A DNA stretch of 64,000 bases from an uncultured bacterium (lineage in GTDB: Bacteria > Patescibacteriota > Minisyncoccia > Moranbacterales > UBA2206). Where the stretch lies: assembly GCA_903937035.1 (NCBI GenBank), contig CAIZXS010000023.1:1188-65187 (forward strand), in the 5' to 3' direction. Within the stretch, counting starts at the first letter, position 1; the number at the start of each line of letters is the position of its first letter. The notes below the pieces were generated by a model. The model was not told the origin of the DNA, made no database searches, and was given only the letters and a program-made list of their open reading frames with translations. This document shows, in pieces, positions 28,705-38,954 of the stretch. The position numbers and the translations under genes were made by a program.

Positions 28705-29979
28705 TTAAAAGCCTTCATAATCCCGCATCGCGAGTTGTCCTTGCACCTGCTTGATTGTTTCAATCACAACCGAAACAACGATTAAGAGTCCAGTTCCACC
28801 AATAGAGATAGACCCGATATTAGTAAAGCTTTCCACAAAAAAAGGCAATATTGCGATAAGACCTAAAAAAACTGCGCCAGAAAGAGTAATCCGATTCATA
28901 ATACGATAGAGATAATCAGCGGTATTTTTTCCTGGACGAATTCCGAGAATGTAACCACCTTGCTTTTGCAAACTTTCAGCAATTTTATTTGGATCAAAAA
29001 CAACTGCGGTATAAAAATAAGTAAAGGCGACAACAAGAATAAAATAAAACAACCAATAGAACCAATTGCTTGGAGAAAAAAGCGCACTCACCTTCACAGC
29101 CAAGTTGGCAAGAGTAGTGTTGGAACTTTTCGTAAGAAAATTAGCAATCATTCCTGGAAAAAGCATAATAGAAAGTGCGAAAATAATCGGAATCACGCCA
29201 GCCTGATTGATGCGCAGTGGCAAATGCGTTGAAGTTCCGCCGTACATTTTATTACCCTTAATTCTTTTTGCGTAAGAAACGGGCATATTGCGCTGCCCCT
29301 CTGTCATAAAGACCACAGCAGAAATTGCCAAAATCAAAATAGCACCCAAGATCAAATAAGTAAAAATTTGTGACGAATCCGCTGTCGCATAAGTCTTGGC
29401 TATTGTCGAGGGAATGGCAGAAACGATTCCAGCAAAAATGATGAGCGAAACTCCATTGCCAACACCTTTTTCCGTGATTAGCTCGCCTAGCCACATAAGG
29501 AATATCGTTCCGGCAGTGGCAATTACCATCATCGAGATCACGCTTGTCGCTCCAGTCGCGGCAATAATTCCTTGCGAACGAAAAAGTGCAATCATGCCAA
29601 AAGTCTGCATCGCAGCGAGAGGCACCGTTGCCCAGCGTGTCCATTGATTAAATTTCTGTCGCCCAGCCTCTCCCTCTTCCTTATATATTTTTTCCAATGT
29701 TGGAACAATCATCGTAAGCAGCTGCATGATAATCGAGGCGGTAATATAGGGTCCCACGCCAAGCATTACCAGGGAAATACTCGACAATCCTTGCCCAGAA
29801 AAAAGATTAAGTAAACCAAAAAGCTCATTGCTCTCAAAAAATGCCTTGAGCCGATCCTGATCAACACCAGGGATAGGAATGTTGGCTGCCAAACGAAATA
29901 CGACCAAAAGAGCCAGAATAAAAAATATCTTATTCCTGAGCTCTTTAATACGAAAGATTTGAGTGATTTTAGCTAGCAT
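28705..29979 (-). CDS. secY: Preprotein translocase SecY
   Basis: LGVGPYITASII, GNGVSLIIF, AGVIPIIFA, GIRPG, GGTGLLIVV. Confidence 0.98.
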   Translation of the reverse strand: MLAKITQIFRIKELRNKIFFILALLVVFRLAANIPIPGVDQDRLKAFFESNELFGLLNLFSGQGLSSISLVMLGVGPYITASIIMQLLTMIVPTLEKIYKEEGEAGRQKFNQWTRWATVPLAAMQTFGMIALFRSQGIIAATGATSVISMMVIATAGTIFLMWLGELITEKGVGNGVSLIIFAGIVSAIPSTIAKTYATADSSQIFTYLILGAILILAISAVVFMTEGQRNMPVSYAKRIKGNKMYGGTSTHLPLRINQAGVIPIIFALSIMLFPGMIANFLTKSSNTTLANLAVKVSALFSPSNWFYWLFYFILVVAFTYFYTAVVFDPNKIAESLQKQGGYILGIRPGKNTADYLYRIMNRITLSGAVFLGLIAILPFFVESFTNIGSISIGGTGLLIVVSVVIETIKQVQGQLAMRDYEGF

Positions 29980-30001
29980 ACCCTAGTCACTGCTTTATTT
30001 T

Positions 30002-30457
30002 TTATTTCTCCAATTCCTCAACCTTCACCTCGCCACCCGCAGATATAATCGCTTTTTTGACTGTAACGCTCACAAAGATTTCTTTTTCAAAGATAAACTT
30101 TTTTGTCAGTTTAGCATTTCCGAGAACTTTTATTCCCAAGGGAATATTTTTCCGTGCGACAAGTTTCATATTCACCAAAGACTCCACACTGATTATAGCA
30201 CCATTTTCAAAATTCTTTTCGATGTCCGCAATTTGCACGATACTTCTTTTTTTAGTTCTCGAAGTGAAGCCACGTTTTTTCTTCATGTGATCAATCAGCG
30301 TTGAGCGTCCACCTTCAAACAAAGGATCAACATGTGCGCCAGAGCGCGCTTTTTGTCCCTTATTTCCCTTGCCGGAATATGTGCCTTTTTTGCCTCCACG
30401 TCCGATGGTTTTTTTCTTCTTCCTCGGCTGGCTCATTTGTAAATCTTGTCTTAACAT
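30002..30457 (-). CDS. rplO: 50S ribosomal protein L15
   Basis: GRGG..G.YSG.G.KGQKARSG, FEGG. Confidence 0.95.
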   Translation of the reverse strand: MLRQDLQMSQPRKKKKTIGRGGKKGTYSGKGNKGQKARSGAHVDPLFEGGRSTLIDHMKKKRGFTSRTKKRSIVQIADIEKNFENGAIISVESLVNMKLVARKNIPLGIKVLGNAKLTKKFIFEKEIFVSVTVKKAIISAGGEVKVEELEK

Positions 30458-30484
30458 AAAATTGTAATATCAAATTGCGTATAA

Positions 30485-30988
30485 TTAATTGGCTTTAGCG
30501 ATTCTTTCCTTTCTTGTCTTTGATTCACTCAGCATTCCCAAGGCTTCCACAGTTGCCCGTGCCACATTAAGCTTATTAGCTGTTCCAAGGGACTTAGAAA
30601 CAATATCGCGAATTCCAGCGAAATCAACCACAGCGCGCACTGCCCCTCCAGCCACGATACTTCTTCCTTCCTTAGCTGGTTTCAAAATTACTTTTGCGCT
30701 GCCTTTTTTGTGATGCACTTCGTGTGCAATCGTATTATTTTTAATTGCAACAGTAATCATATTTTTCTTAGCATCATCAAAAGCCTTGCCAATTGCATCT
30801 GTCACATCCGATCCTTTGCCGACTCCAACACCAACCTTGCCTTTGCGATTTCCGATTACAAGAGTTGCGCGAAAACGAAATCGTCTTCCTCCCTTCACCA
30901 CGCGAGTAACACGGGCAAGATCCAGGAGTTTTTGTTCAAATTCCGGCTTTTCTTTTTTTCCTCTAAATTTTCTATCGTTCTTTGCCAT
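30485..30988 (-). CDS. rpsE: 30S ribosomal protein S5
   Basis: RVTRVVKGGRRFRF. Confidence 0.97.
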   Translation of the reverse strand: MAKNDRKFRGKKEKPEFEQKLLDLARVTRVVKGGRRFRFRATLVIGNRKGKVGVGVGKGSDVTDAIGKAFDDAKKNMITVAIKNNTIAHEVHHKKGSAKVILKPAKEGRSIVAGGAVRAVVDFAGIRDIVSKSLGTANKLNVARATVEALGMLSESKTRKERIAKAN

Positions 30989-31010
30989 ATAGTTTAGTAA
31001 CTAAAAGAGT

Positions 31011-31358
31011 TTAAAATTTTAAGCCGCCTTCTCTGGCGCCTTCAGCCAAAGCTTTGACTTTTCCATGATATCTATATCCTGCTCTATCAAAAACTACTTC
31101 CGCGATTTTCTGTTCTAAGCATTTCGTAGCAATGAGCATTCCAACTGCCTTCGCCCCCGCAACATCATTTTTCACGTTTGCTGCTTTCGTATCAGCTGCT
31201 ACAAGCGTCTTTCCTGCTACGTCATCAATTACTTGAGCTTTCATTGAAAGCAAGCTACGAAAAACATTCAGTCGTGGCACGCTAGCAGATCCAGAAATCT
31301 TAGCGCGCACGCGTCTTTTTCGGTGTAATCTTAAATTGTTTTGGCTAATTTTATTCAT
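31011..31358 (-). CDS. rplR: 50S ribosomal protein L18
   Basis: PRLNVFRS, VFDRAGYRYHGKV. Confidence 0.97.
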   Translation of the reverse strand: MNKISQNNLRLHRKRRVRAKISGSASVPRLNVFRSLLSMKAQVIDDVAGKTLVAADTKAANVKNDVAGAKAVGMLIATKCLEQKIAEVVFDRAGYRYHGKVKALAEGAREGGLKF

Positions 31359-31377
31359 CTTCGTAAAAATATATTAC

Positions 31378-31920
31378 TTATTTGGCTCCAGCTTTCTTTC
31401 CAGCTTTTCGCCTAACTTTTTCTCCCGCATAGCGAAAGCCCTTGCCTTTATATGGCTCAACTTTTTTCAAATCCTTTATATTTGCTGCAAATTGCCCAAC
31501 CGCTTGCTTGTCAATTCCACTAATAAGCAGCCCATTATTCTCTTCCAGTTTTGCCACAATTCCATCAGGAATCTCAACTTCAACTGGATGAGAGAATCCA
31601 AGTGCCATCACAATTTTCTTGCCTTGAATCGCCATGCGAAAACCGACACCTTGAAGCTCCAACTTTTTCTCATAACCAGCGCTCACTCCAATAATAATAT
31701 TATTAACAAGTGAACGAGTCAGACCCCAAATTGCATTAGAACTACCATCTTCCTTGGCTTTTTTGACAATGATCGTTCCTTCAGATATTTCTACTAAGGC
31801 ATCCGGATGAACATTTAAAGTGAGCTCCCCTTTGGGGCCTTTTGCTTTTAATACATCCCCCTCGAGTACCACAGTCACTCCGTCAGGAATAGCTATTAAT
31901 TTTTTTCCGATTTTACTCAT
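31378..31920 (-). CDS. rplF: 50S ribosomal protein L6
   Basis: MSKIGKK, GFSHP, EPYKGKG. Confidence 0.97.
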   Translation of the reverse strand: MSKIGKKLIAIPDGVTVVLEGDVLKAKGPKGELTLNVHPDALVEISEGTIIVKKAKEDGSSNAIWGLTRSLVNNIIIGVSAGYEKKLELQGVGFRMAIQGKKIVMALGFSHPVEVEIPDGIVAKLEENNGLLISGIDKQAVGQFAANIKDLKKVEPYKGKGFRYAGEKVRRKAGKKAGAK

Positions 31921-31947
31921 AAAATTGATCTGCTCTTTAAATGTAAA

Positions 31948-32352
31948 TTACCACACCTCACAAATATACTCCCCGCCTAATCCTGTCTTTTTCGCATCAT
32001 GATCAGTCATCACGCCCTTGGAAGTAGAAATAAGCGCAACGCCATAATTATTTTTAACGCTTCTAACATCCTTACTTTTAACATAAATTCTTTGCCCTTC
32101 CTTGCTGATTCTTCTGATTCCCTTGATTGCTGGTGTTTTATTTGTATTAGAAATGATATAATATTTCAAAGTTATTTTTATCACATCAAAATCACCCTGC
32201 TTTTCTTTCGCAACGGCTTCGACGAAACCTTCTTTTTCCAAAATCTTAGCTAAAGCCATTTTTAACTTAGAAGCACTAATGGTGACAGTTTTATGTTCTG
32301 CCATCTGAGCATTCCTAATTTTGGTTAACATTTCTGAGATTGGGTCTAACAT
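31948..32352 (-). CDS. rpsH: 30S ribosomal protein S8
   Basis: DPISEMLTKIRNA, STSKGVM, GGEYICEVW. Confidence 0.97.
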   Translation of the reverse strand: MLDPISEMLTKIRNAQMAEHKTVTISASKLKMALAKILEKEGFVEAVAKEKQGDFDVIKITLKYYIISNTNKTPAIKGIRRISKEGQRIYVKSKDVRSVKNNYGVALISTSKGVMTDHDAKKTGLGGEYICEVW

Positions 32353-32425
32353 ACTCTTTAAAATTCAAAATTTAATATCAAATCAAACTATACAATTACT
32401 CTTAATTTATTCTAATGAAAAATCT

Positions 32426-32611
32426 CTACCAGCTTGATCGCTTTACGCCAGGCAATTGCCCAGTACTAGCAAGCTCTCGAAAGCAGATCCTGCAGAGATC
32501 AAACTTGCGCATATAACCATGTTTTCTTCCACATTTCCAACAACGTCTCACGATTCTCGTGGAAAACTTTGGTTTCTTTTTTGCTCTAACTTCAACTGAT
32601 AATTTGGCCAT
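32426..32611 (-). CDS. rpsN: 30S ribosomal protein S14, Zn-binding type Z
   Basis: [21 protein letters not shown]. Confidence 0.97.
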   Translation of the reverse strand: MAKLSVEVRAKKKPKFSTRIVRRCWKCGRKHGYMRKFDLCRICFRELASTGQLPGVKRSSW

Positions 32612-32644
32612 TTTGCTCTATTTAATACTTATTATAAAAACTCT

Positions 32645-33193
32645 CTATTTATCGCGCTTCTCAAGAGGAAATCCGAGTAATTTGAAAAGCATCATTCCTT
32701 TTTCTTGAGTCTTTGCGTTCGTCACGACATTCACCTGCATTCCGAAAGTAGTCTTAACCTGCTCCGGGAGAATTTCTGGGAATATGAGGTGTTCCTTGAT
32801 TCCAAGATTAAGATTTCCGCCCTTATCCACTGATCCCAGTTTGATTCCATGAAAGTCTCTAATACGTGGAATAGAGGCGCCAACCAATTTTTCCAAAAAA
32901 TCCCACTTTCTCTTTCCGCGCAGAGTCACCTTGATTCCAATTTCCAACCCTTCTCTTGTCTTGAAGCCAGCAATTGACTGCTTTGCTTTTGTCATTACTG
33001 GCTTTTGCCCGGTAATCGCCTTTAGGGAATTAAAAATATCAGTGACCAAAGCAGAATCTTTAATGAATTTTCCAATTCCAACATTAACAACCACCTTTTC
33101 AATTTTTGGCACTTGCAAAACATTGCTCAGATTAAGACTTTTCTTCATTTCTGCGGCTACTTCGGTCTTATATTTTTCGTAAATAGTTGACAT
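32645..33193 (-). CDS. rplE: 50S ribosomal protein L5
   Basis: KVVVNVGIG, ITGQKP, PRIRDF. Confidence 0.97.
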   Translation of the reverse strand: MSTIYEKYKTEVAAEMKKSLNLSNVLQVPKIEKVVVNVGIGKFIKDSALVTDIFNSLKAITGQKPVMTKAKQSIAGFKTREGLEIGIKVTLRGKRKWDFLEKLVGASIPRIRDFHGIKLGSVDKGGNLNLGIKEHLIFPEILPEQVKTTFGMQVNVVTNAKTQEKGMMLFKLLGFPLEKRDK

Positions 33194-33218
33194 ACTTGTC
33201 TTTTAATTAACTTCTAAA

Positions 33219-33524
33219 TTAAATTTCTGCTTGACATTTCTTGCATACCCGGACCTTCTTCTCTCCCTCTGTTTTGTAAGCAATTCTTGAAGGCTTTCCA
33301 CACTTAGGGCAAACTATCATAGCATTAGAAATATCAATCTTTCTTGGTATCTCCACTCTTTGACCTTTTTCTCCTTCTTTTCTAGGTTTATTGTGTTTTT
33401 TGAGCATATTCAGACCATCCACAACTACTTTTTTCTCTGCAGGATAGACACGCAGAACTTTCCCAGTTTTGCCACTGTCTTTACCTGCAAGCATCTTGAC
33501 TAAATCGTTTTTCTTAATTTTCAT
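33219..33524 (-). CDS. rplX: 50S ribosomal protein L24
   Basis: KIKKND.V..LAGKD.GK.G. Confidence 0.96.
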   Translation of the reverse strand: MKIKKNDLVKMLAGKDSGKTGKVLRVYPAEKKVVVDGLNMLKKHNKPRKEGEKGQRVEIPRKIDISNAMIVCPKCGKPSRIAYKTEGEKKVRVCKKCQAEI

Positions 33525-33558
33525 ATAATTATAACTGCATCTTAAATCGTTTTCTTAT

Positions 33559-33924
33559 TTATAATACCTCTGGAGCAAGAGAAGCAATCTTAGCATATCC
33601 TCTATCTCTAATCTCTCTGGCAATTGGGCCAAAAATTCGAGTCCCCTTTGGTTCTTTGGCTTCCACAATCACAGCAGCATTTTCATCAAAACGAATATAT
33701 GAGCCATCCTTTCGACGAAACTCTTTTCTTTGGCGAACAATCACAGCCCGTACCTTATCACCCTTTTTCACCATTCCTCGAGGCTCAGCTGATTTAACGC
33801 TTGCAACGATAATGTCCCCAATTTGAGCAAATCTTCTTTTGCTTCCACCGAGAACCTTGAAGCATTTAATAACCTTAGCGCCGCTATTATCAGCTACATT
33901 CAATTTTGATTCTGCTTGTATCAT
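33559..33924 (-). CDS. rplN: 50S ribosomal protein L14
   Basis: [22 protein letters not shown]. Confidence 0.98.
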   Translation of the reverse strand: MIQAESKLNVADNSGAKVIKCFKVLGGSKRRFAQIGDIIVASVKSAEPRGMVKKGDKVRAVIVRQRKEFRRKDGSYIRFDENAAVIVEAKEPKGTRIFGPIAREIRDRGYAKIASLAPEVL

Positions 33925-33928
33925 ATAT

Positions 33929-34180
33929 TTAAACTACTCGATAATTTTTATCCTTGCTAATTGGCTTGCATGGAACAATTTCCACGGTATCTCCAATCTT
34001 AAATTTATTCTCCTCATCATGAGCCTTGTATTTCTTGGTTGAACGGTATTTCTTCTTGTATTTAGGGTGCGTTTTAAGAGTATCAACGGCTACAACTATT
34101 GTCTTTTGCATCTTGTCAGAAACAACAACGCCCTTTTTGCGTGTAATGATCTTGGTTTTTTCAACTTTTTGACTATCCAT
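33929..34180 (-). CDS. rpsQ: 30S ribosomal protein S17
   Basis: [21 protein letters not shown]. Confidence 0.97.
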   Translation of the reverse strand: MDSQKVEKTKIITRKKGVVVSDKMQKTIVVAVDTLKTHPKYKKKYRSTKKYKAHDEENKFKIGDTVEIVPCKPISKDKNYRVV

Positions 34181-34190
34181 AAAATTATCT

Positions 34191-34385
34191 TTAAACTAAC
34201 TTATCTTCCTGACCAATTAATGTTATAATCCTAGCAACATCACGCTTGGCAGTCCTGATCTGTCTTATCCCCTTTACTTGCTTTGTTGCCAGCTCAAATC
34301 TGAATTTGCGAATACCTTCTTCTTTTTCAGCAAGAAGCTTTTTTAGTTCGGCAATATTTTTTTCTCTCAATTCCTTGATTTTCAT
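34191..34385 (-). CDS. rpmC: 50S ribosomal protein L29
   Basis: MKIKELRE..., KRDVARIIT; expected position in the operon. Confidence 0.93.
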   Translation of the reverse strand: MKIKELREKNIAELKKLLAEKEEGIRKFRFELATKQVKGIRQIRTAKRDVARIITLIGQEDKLV

Positions 34386-34395
34386 AACAATATTC

Positions 34396-34809
34396 TTATT
34401 CCTCTTTAGTAACAAATTTAGTTTTCAAATTTAACTTATGAGATGCAAGTCGCATAGCTTCCTTTGCAATCTCTATTTTCACACCATCCATCTCAAACAT
34501 AACAGTCCCAGGCTTCACCACAGCAACAAAATGATCCACAGCTCCCTTTCCCTTACCCATTGGAGTTTCATCACCCTTTTTTGTCATTGGCTTATCAGGA
34601 AAAATCCGAATCCAAATCTTTCCTCCTCTTTGCACATATCTTGTCATCGCGCGACGAGCAGCTTCAATCTGCCTTGAGGATACGAGACTGGCGCTAACTG
34701 CTTTCAAACCAAAACTACCAAAACTGATTGAGTTCCCTCGCATTGCATTGCCACGGATTGCTCCGCCTCTCTGCACTTTTCTATGTTTTACTTTCTTTGG
34801 CATCAACAT
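34396..34809 (-). CDS. rplP: 50S ribosomal protein L16
   Basis: [31 protein letters not shown]. Confidence 0.98.
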   Translation of the reverse strand: MLMPKKVKHRKVQRGGAIRGNAMRGNSISFGSFGLKAVSASLVSSRQIEAARRAMTRYVQRGGKIWIRIFPDKPMTKKGDETPMGKGKGAVDHFVAVVKPGTVMFEMDGVKIEIAKEAMRLASHKLNLKTKFVTKEE

Positions 34810-34821
34810 ACGCTTTTTACT

Positions 34822-35481
34822 TTAATTCGTTTTTTTAGTATCAAACACTTCACCCTTATAGAGCCACGCTTTCACTCCGATTGCTCCATATGTTGTAAAC
34901 GCTGTCGCTCTAGCGAAATCAATATTCGCTCGCAATGTGTGAAGTGGTAATGTTCCCTTCGAAAGCCACTCTCTTCGTGACATCTCAGCTCCACCCAATC
35001 TTCCTGACATCTCAATCTTAACTCCTTTGATCATGGTATTTTTCATGGCTTGCTCCAGCATCATTTTCATCGCCCTCCTAAATGGGATTCTTTTCTCTAG
35101 TTGCTCCGCAACATTCTGAGCTACAATCATGGCACTTTCTTCAAAGTTCTTGATTTCTTGTATTTCAATTCTCAGATCAGCTCTTCGATTACTTTTAAAA
35201 AAAGTGTTTTGAATATAGTGCTTAATATCTTCGACTCCGCTTCCACCGCGTCCAATTAAAACTCCTGGACGAGCAGTCTTTATAATAATCTTCACGGCCG
35301 CTTGAGATCTTTCAATTTCAACTTCACCAATAAAAGCTGCTTTCCATTTTTTCATCACTTCCAAGCGAATCTCAATATCTTGCTTGAGGTTTTTATTATA
35401 ATCTTTTTTGCTGAACCATTTGGATTTCCAATCTTGAGTGATTCCCAAGCGCAGTCCAACTGGATTTACTTTATGTCCCAT
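34822..35481 (-). CDS. rpsC: 30S ribosomal protein S3
   Basis: MGHKVNPVGLRLG, GRLGGAE, PLHTLRANID. Confidence 0.98.
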   Translation of the reverse strand: MGHKVNPVGLRLGITQDWKSKWFSKKDYNKNLKQDIEIRLEVMKKWKAAFIGEVEIERSQAAVKIIIKTARPGVLIGRGGSGVEDIKHYIQNTFFKSNRRADLRIEIQEIKNFEESAMIVAQNVAEQLEKRIPFRRAMKMMLEQAMKNTMIKGVKIEMSGRLGGAEMSRREWLSKGTLPLHTLRANIDFARATAFTTYGAIGVKAWLYKGEVFDTKKTN

Positions 35482-35503
35482 AGGTATTTGCGTTTAAATA
35501 AAT

Positions 35504-36079
35504 TTACATTGACTTCCGTCTAAATATCTTATTTTTCCAACTCTTCGGTTCTTCGGCAGTTTTCTTCGTCTTGTCCGCACTCTTTGTTTTGACTTCAGCT
35601 ATCTTTTCTGTCTTAGCATCCTTGACCTCATCTTTCTTCTCTTCTTTTTTTCTTTCCTCTTCTTTTCTCAGCTCTTGAGTTGCTTTTTTAACTTTTTCAG
35701 CTTTTTCTTTCTCCATCTGATCCTTACTCTTCCTATCCTTGCCTTCAACTCTTTCTTCTAGGACAATCCGCACCTTCGAAGTTCTTTTTAAAATCTGTCC
35801 GGCACGGCCATATGCTTTTGGCATCCACCGCTTAAGCGTTGGTCCAGCACCGACGACCGCGTCTAATACATAAAGATTGCTTTTCGAAAGGCCAAAATTG
35901 TTCTCAGCATTGGCAATAGCACTCAATAAGAGTTTTTGCATGTACCCGCTAGTTTTCTTAATCGCTACATCAAGTTGAGCAACCGCCTCGATAGCGTCCA
36001 TTCCCTTAATCAAATCAGCGACCAATTTCACTTTGCGCGGAGAGATTCTTAAATTGTTTAATTCTGCTGTAACTTTCAT
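35504..36079 (-). CDS. rplV: 50S ribosomal protein L22 with a long Lys/Glu-rich C-terminal tail
   Basis: SPRKVKLVADLI, SAIANAENN, GPTLKR. Confidence 0.96.
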   Translation of the reverse strand: MKVTAELNNLRISPRKVKLVADLIKGMDAIEAVAQLDVAIKKTSGYMQKLLLSAIANAENNFGLSKSNLYVLDAVVGAGPTLKRWMPKAYGRAGQILKRTSKVRIVLEERVEGKDRKSKDQMEKEKAEKVKKATQELRKEEERKKEEKKDEVKDAKTEKIAEVKTKSADKTKKTAEEPKSWKNKIFRRKSM

Positions 36080-36091
36080 GTGATTTCTCTA

Positions 36092-36436
36092 TTATTTCTT
36101 CTTAGTAGTATCTGACGCCTTGGCAGCCTTAGACGCATCAGCTTCTTTTTGTTTCGCAGCTGTTTCCATTTCCTTTTGCATCTTGCCTCCGTGCCGAGTA
36201 AATTTACGTGTTGGGGAAAATTCTCCGAGTCGGTGCCCTACCATCTCTTCTGTCGGGGTTACGGAAATAAATATTTTTCCATTGTAGACACCAAAAGTAA
36301 AACCAACCATTTCCGGAGAGATAACTGCTGCGCGAATCCATGTCTTTATCACGCTTCGATCTCCTGGCTTCTTATCAAGCACTTTTTTGATTAATCTTTC
36401 GTCCACATAAGGACCTTTTTTCAGGCTTCGTGTCAT
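36092..36436 (-). CDS. rpsS: 30S ribosomal protein S19 with a C-terminal tail
   Basis: [20 protein letters not shown]. Confidence 0.97.
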   Translation of the reverse strand: MTRSLKKGPYVDERLIKKVLDKKPGDRSVIKTWIRAAVISPEMVGFTFGVYNGKIFISVTPTEEMVGHRLGEFSPTRKFTRHGGKMQKEMETAAKQKEADASKAAKASDTTKKK

Positions 36437-36439
36437 ATA

Positions 36440-37273
36440 TTATTTCCGCTTAACTCTTCTTTTGATTATATACTTATTGCTATATTTTTTCCTCTTTCTT
36501 GTCTTCTTTCCAAGTGCTGGCTTTCCCCAAGGAGTTTTAGGATGTTTAAGCCCGATTCCTTGGCGTCCTTCGCCTCCTCCGTGTGGATGATCAACTGGAT
36601 TCATCGCCGATCCACGAACAGCGGGGCGTTTATTAAGCCAGCGACTCTTACCAGCTTTTCCAAGATTTATAGAATTACTTTCGAAATTGCTAGCTTGTCC
36701 AATTGTTGCATAGCATTCATTGCTAACGAGTCGGATTTCCCCAGAAGGCAATTTGATCTGAGCTGTTTTATCATCCACAGCCGTAAGACTAGCTGAGCTT
36801 CCAGCGCTTCGAACAATTTGTCCACCATGCCCTGGAAACAGCTCCAAATTACAGATAGTCGTTCCAACTGGAATATTTTTTACCTTAGCACGATTCCCCG
36901 GCTTTACTGGAGCATTTTCCGCAGACATCACCTCTTGTCCCTCTCGCATTCCTTCTGTCGCTAAGATATAACGCTTTTCCCCATCAGCATAATTCACAAG
37001 AGCAATAAAGGCTTTTCTGTTGGGGTCTTTTTCGATTGCAGCTACTCGTCCAGGTATACCAAGCTTGTCTTGTAAAAAGTCTACAATACGATATCGCTGT
37101 TTATTTCCACCTCCCTGATGACGAACTGAAATTTTTCCATGTGAACGCCCAGCTAATTTACCTTGTTTTGCTAAAAGGGCTTTTTCCGGCTTTTTCTTTG
37201 AAATATAATCAACCTTAACAATCGACATATTTCGACGTCCAGCGGTATTTTTTTTGTAAATCTTAATTGCCAT
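36440..37273 (-). CDS. rplB: 50S ribosomal protein L2
   Basis: DPNR, AMNPVDHPHGGGEG. Confidence 0.98.
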   Translation of the reverse strand: MAIKIYKKNTAGRRNMSIVKVDYISKKKPEKALLAKQGKLAGRSHGKISVRHQGGGNKQRYRIVDFLQDKLGIPGRVAAIEKDPNRKAFIALVNYADGEKRYILATEGMREGQEVMSAENAPVKPGNRAKVKNIPVGTTICNLELFPGHGGQIVRSAGSSASLTAVDDKTAQIKLPSGEIRLVSNECYATIGQASNFESNSINLGKAGKSRWLNKRPAVRGSAMNPVDHPHGGGEGRQGIGLKHPKTPWGKPALGKKTRKRKKYSNKYIIKRRVKRK

Positions 37274-37294
37274 ATTTGCACTCTTTAGACTAAA

Positions 37295-37609
37295 TTATTT
37301 TCCTTCAAAAACATCAATCTTATTACCTTCCTTTAGTGTTACGATAGCTTTTCTGTAACCTGGCTTCCAACCAGGAATTCTTCCTCGACTACGAAATTTT
37401 CTTGGCACACTAACAGTGTTAACCTTTTCAACCTTAACATTATAAATCTTTTCAATTGCCATCTTAACTTGCAATTTAGTCGCACGAGAAGATATTTTGA
37501 AAATATATTTATTATTCTCAATAAGCACAGTGGCCGCTTCAGTTACAATCGGCTCAATGAGAACTTTTGAGAGAATATTTTCTTGATTGGGGTTTACGTT
37601 ATTTTCCAT
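37295..37609 (-). CDS. rplW: 50S ribosomal protein L23
   Basis: PIVTE, VKVEKVNT, KAIVTL. Confidence 0.95.
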   Translation of the reverse strand: MENNVNPNQENILSKVLIEPIVTEAATVLIENNKYIFKISSRATKLQVKMAIEKIYNVKVEKVNTVSVPRKFRSRGRIPGWKPGYRKAIVTLKEGNKIDVFEGK

Positions 37610-38250
37610 TATTTTAATTCAGCTTGTTTATACTTTTCCTCGAGATACATTACAGACTCCTTGCTCATAAATAAATTCTTGTTTCTTAGCATATCAAGAA
37701 CATTGAGTTGTGGTGTTAAAATATTTTCTACCTTAGCAAGATTTCTACTTACAATACGAAATTCTTTCTCAGAATCACAAAAAGCCATCAAAGTTTTGCC
37801 TTTAATTTTGAAATTCAAAAGCATCTCGGCAACTTGTTTAGTCTTCTTCTGCGAAAAACTCAACTTATCAATCACAAAAATCTCCTGATCCTTAAGTTTT
37901 CCACTAAGCACGGTTGCAATCGCCTTTTGATTCATCTTCTTGTTGATCTTTTGTTTGTAGTTTCTGTCATTGCTTGGTCCGAAAACAACGCCTCCTTTTT
38001 TCCAAAGCGGAGTTCTTCTTGAACCAACACGAGCGCGACCCGTTCCTTTTTGCTTCCAAGGCTTTATTCCGCTACCAGCTCTTTCTCCTCGAGTTTTCGT
38101 ATCTGCGAGCACCTGTCTCTTGTTAGCATCCATTGCTACAACGATTTGATGAACTAAATCGTCATTTTTTGGCAAACCAAAAACAGAATCAGAAATTTGC
38201 ATTTCCTCAATTTCTTTCCCTTCAAGATTGTAAACCTTTAGTGTTGCCAT
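37609..38250 (-). CDS. rplD: 50S ribosomal protein L4
   Basis: KPWKQKGTGRAR, GGVVFGP. Confidence 0.97.
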   Translation of the reverse strand: MATLKVYNLEGKEIEEMQISDSVFGLPKNDDLVHQIVVAMDANKRQVLADTKTRGERAGSGIKPWKQKGTGRARVGSRRTPLWKKGGVVFGPSNDRNYKQKINKKMNQKAIATVLSGKLKDQEIFVIDKLSFSQKKTKQVAEMLLNFKIKGKTLMAFCDSEKEFRIVSRNLAKVENILTPQLNVLDMLRNKNLFMSKESVMYLEEKYKQAELK

Positions 38251-38260
38251 ACTTTTAAGA

Positions 38261-38815
38261 TTAGATTGCTTTAATTTCCACTATTCCGCCTGGAATACCC
38301 GGAACTGCTCCTTTTATACCTAATATATTCTTTTCCACATCAATAAAAACCACCTTCAAGTTTTTTGTTGTTATTCGCTCTCCACCCATTCTCCCTGCCA
38401 TTCGCTTTCCTTTCACCACGTGCTCTGGGAAACCAGAACCGATTGATCCAGGAGCGCGCAAGTCATGCTTATGCCCATGGGAAGCGCATCCGCCCTTAAA
38501 GCCATATCTTTTGACTACACCCTGAAATCCTTTTGCCTTACTTGTTCCACTGACAATCACCTTCTCGTTAATTTCAAAAATAGAAACATCTACAACATCA
38601 TCTTTTTTAAGTTCACTTCCTTCAACGCGGAATTCTTTCTTCTTTGATTTATTTTTTGTCTTAGCAATCAACATCTGGACAGCACTATAGCCATCTTTCA
38701 CCTTCTCCTTGATCAAAGAAACTTTTGAACCACACTCCAAAAGAGTCACGTTCAATGCGCCTTTTTCATCATAAATCGTTGTCATTCCAATTTTTTTTCC
38801 TAAAATGAATTTCAT
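38261..38815 (-). CDS. rplC: 50S ribosomal protein L3
   Basis: GKKIGMT, KGFQGVVKR, PGSIG, GRMG. Confidence 0.97.
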   Translation of the reverse strand: MKFILGKKIGMTTIYDEKGALNVTLLECGSKVSLIKEKVKDGYSAVQMLIAKTKNKSKKKEFRVEGSELKKDDVVDVSIFEINEKVIVSGTSKAKGFQGVVKRYGFKGGCASHGHKHDLRAPGSIGSGFPEHVVKGKRMAGRMGGERITTKNLKVVFIDVEKNILGIKGAVPGIPGGIVEIKAI

Positions 38816-38954
38816 TGCTTTTCTTTAAATAAAATAAAAAACGGCTCAATACCAGCCGAAAACCCCTCTCAAGGTTCAAGAAATTTCTTTCTTGGCTAGA
38901 TTAGTATCCTATCGACTCATGAAAGTCGTCTGGACTTTAACTAGATATCTCTAA
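38816..38954 (-). promoter_or_regulatory. Structured rpsJ-rplC spacer, candidate attenuator
   Basis: Hairpins followed by CGGCT-ggtattg-AGCCG and a U tract; the upstream TAGCCAAGA can pair with the 5' arm of that terminator. Confidence 0.45.
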
